From the NCBI GenBank assembly GCA_964270895.1, contig OZ185453.1: 64,000 nt of DNA; one strand, 5' to 3'. Of this stretch, positions 61,743-64,000 are shown piece after piece. The translations under genes and the position numbers were made by a program. Origin of the DNA: Podarcis filfolensis (taxonomy: Eukaryota). Every line of letters begins with the position of its first letter. Within the stretch, counting starts at the first letter, position 1. The notes under the pieces were generated by a model that was given only the letters and a program-made list of their open reading frames with translations, did not search any database and had not been told where the DNA came from.

Positions 61743-62835
61743 GTGCTGGGAAAATCCACTGAAGGTGGCTCAAAAAGTTCTGTTTACTTTCTGAGCAAGC
61801 CAGAAAAGGGATATCAGGCATCTGATTGCTCTTGGGTAGATCCTGGACAATGGCAAAAAAAAAAAAAAGATATGGCATTATTGACAGTAATTAATATAGT
61901 ATTAAATTATGTTGCATTTTGCTTTTCAGGATGTGGTTTCAAGTGCGGTTTCAAGATGGTAGATGGGAAAAATTGCTCAGAGGCTTAGACAGAACAACAG
62001 AACAGGCAGAATCCCAACAATGGCAATGTGCATCCACAGCCTGACTTGGTACATCACATTCTCAATCAGGTAGCAGTCCTGGCTACACCATGATCCTCTT
62101 CCTCCTTGTCATCCTGCCAGTTCATGAAAGTCCAGCAGCGTATGCTTAGGATCCTGATATCAAGTAAAGGGTTTCCTCCCCCCCCTTCAAACTTCAGGCA
62201 TCAAGGCCACTCCAACAAGTTCACTTGCCTCAGAAAGTAGAAAGCTTCTCAGCAACTGACCAAACCCTCTCTAGTTAACAAGCAAGAGGTCTTGGCCTTT
62301 GCCTGCTTCTAGCCTTTTGCAGTGGTTTTTCAAGTGTTACATAAGCAGCTTATTTCTTTTGAAAGGGGAAGGGCAGCCATCACAGGTCGGGGCGCAGCTG
62401 GAGTTTTTGACTGTGCTCTGACCCCAGAGTCTGAAGAGTTCCCAAGGAGAGATGGCTTTCCTCTCTGACACAGCTGACAGAGCTTCTTGCTCTTGGCTTT
62501 TCATCACAGTGGAAAAGCAGCTGGCGCTGCAGCAAAACAGGCTGGTGGGTGCTGCTGTTGAGCCGCAGCTCTTGCCTCCTGAAGCTTCCTGCGCGGCAGG
62601 CCTGGAAGCAAGGCCAGACAGCTGCTCAGCTACTGTGACCCCTTTTCTGGCAATATTGACATGGAATTCTGCAGCAGCAGCCATGAAATGACATCCAGTA
62701 GTAAATGGAGCACACAGGAGGCAAGAGAGGAGTGCAAGTACTGTACATATTAAACCGAAAGGTTTCTTAGAGCCCTTCCTGTGTTTCCCACCTTTTTCAC
62801 CTCAGGAATTATACCACAGAGTGATTGCTCTGGTC

Positions 62836-63084
62836 CAGGGGTCGGCAAAGTTTTAGTGGCTTGGGCCTGTTCAAAGTCCTGCAGATGCCATGGTGGGCTG
62901 GAGCATACACACACATGCTAAAATACTATTTCTGGTGCTCCTTCCAGTGTGGAGGAGGCGTGTGCAGCTGGCCAGCATCACAGAAGGCAGTCCCTGGTTT
63001 AGCGCGGCGCACGGGAGCCAACCAAGTGGGCTGTGGGGTCCATGGGCCGCTTGTGGCCCATGGGCCTTAGGTTGCCAACCCCTG
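62836..63084. mobile_element. hAT (Charlie-like) MITE
   Basis: TIRs CAGGGGTCGGCAA / TTGCCAACCCCTG. Perfect 8-bp TSD CTCTGGTC at 62828-62835 and 63085-63092. Confidence 0.9.
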
Positions 63085-63599
63085 CTCTGGTCTGCCTTTT
63101 CCCCTCAGTGCCAGAGCAGACATGCTCTCGGTCTTTCCTCTCCTGAAATGCAAGCAAAACTTTTCTCCCATACCTTTCTGGCCATGAGACGTCTCTTGAG
63201 GACATAGCCCCATAAGGGCTTCCTTCCCAGCTGCCAGAAAGATATAAATTTGGTTCAGATTGCACACTGGCTATGAGATGCAACCACCATACACAAGAGT
63301 CACAGTCTAGCTTAGGGGTAAGGCTCTGTGGCATAGACAACTCTGTCCTCTCAGTGCCTTGGTGCCACTCCCCACCTTCAAAACATCTGCTGCCTGAGGT
63401 GGCCACCTCCCTCTGTGGCTGGCCCTGAGGGTACATCTCAAGAGATCAGGAACAGTCAACCATGAGTCTTTTTCATAAATTTCCAGGAGCCACACTTGAC
63501 CAGGTTGTGAACTATCCATGATAGTTAAGCCACAGAGTTCAACCTTTCCTAGGATATTCCCTTGTTTATTGTTTTTAACAAGTGCTTAACTCTCTTGAT

Positions 63600-63939
63600 G
63601 GGATGCGGTTGGCGCTGTGGGTTAAACCACAGAGCCTAGGACTTGCCGATCGGAAGGTCAGCGGTTCAAATCCCCGCGACGAGGTGAGCTCCCGTTGCTC
63701 AGTCCCTGCTCCTGCCAACCTAGCAGTTCGAAAGCACGTCACAGTGCAAGTAGATAAATAGGTACCGCTCCGGCGGGAAGGTAAACGGCGTTTCTGTGGG
63801 CTGCTCTGGAAGCGGCTTAGTCATGCTGGCCACATGACCCGGAAGCTGTACCCGGCTCCCTCAGCCAATAAAGCGAGATGAGCACCGCAACCCCAGAGTC
63901 GGTCACGACTGGACCTAATGGTCAGGGGTCCCTTTACCT
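63600..63939 (+). mobile_element. Sauria/Squam1 SINE, short variant
   Basis: Full-length. 13-bp TSD TTAACTCTCTTGA at 63586-63598 and 63940-63952. Confidence 0.95.
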
Positions 63940-64000
63940 TTAACTCTCTTGAACAAATCTCATGTACCATGGCAAACGCTGGTCAAGGACAGATACAGGT

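Noticed and set aside
1-64000. CRISPR arrays, operons or prokaryotic defence-type systems
   Set aside because: The window is vertebrate intronic/intergenic DNA, with no regularly spaced repeat-spacer units and no gene clusters.

Overview
Vertebrate genomic DNA from a squamate, most likely a lacertid lizard (inferred from the Podarcis-type Sauria/Squam1 SINE and a Squam3-like SINE). The only protein-coding gene I can support is LINGO2: its single coding exon is at 37225-39045 (+, 606 aa), behind a clear splice acceptor at 37187-37188. Bases 1-37188 are therefore probably LINGO2 5'-UTR intron, and the sequence beyond about 39.7 kb is 3' flank. The rest is mostly transposon-derived: 8 Sauria SINEs (7 with a TSD candidate), CR1, L2, L1 and BovB 3' fragments, TA-flanked Tc1/mariner-pogo-like MITEs, hAT-type MITEs with 8-bp TSDs, and probable solo LTRs. 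There is a 295-N assembly gap. The most interesting object is a ~1-kb Penelope-like element at 26036-27034, nested in a CR1 with a 14-bp target duplication. It carries a GIY-YIG endonuclease remnant between two inverted pseudo-LTRs, and each pseudo-LTR contains a minimal hammerhead ribozyme motif (intact on the minus strand, slightly mutated on the LINGO2 sense strand). I see no CRISPR, rRNA, true tRNA or prokaryote-type system. All family names come from my recall of consensus sequences, not from a database search.
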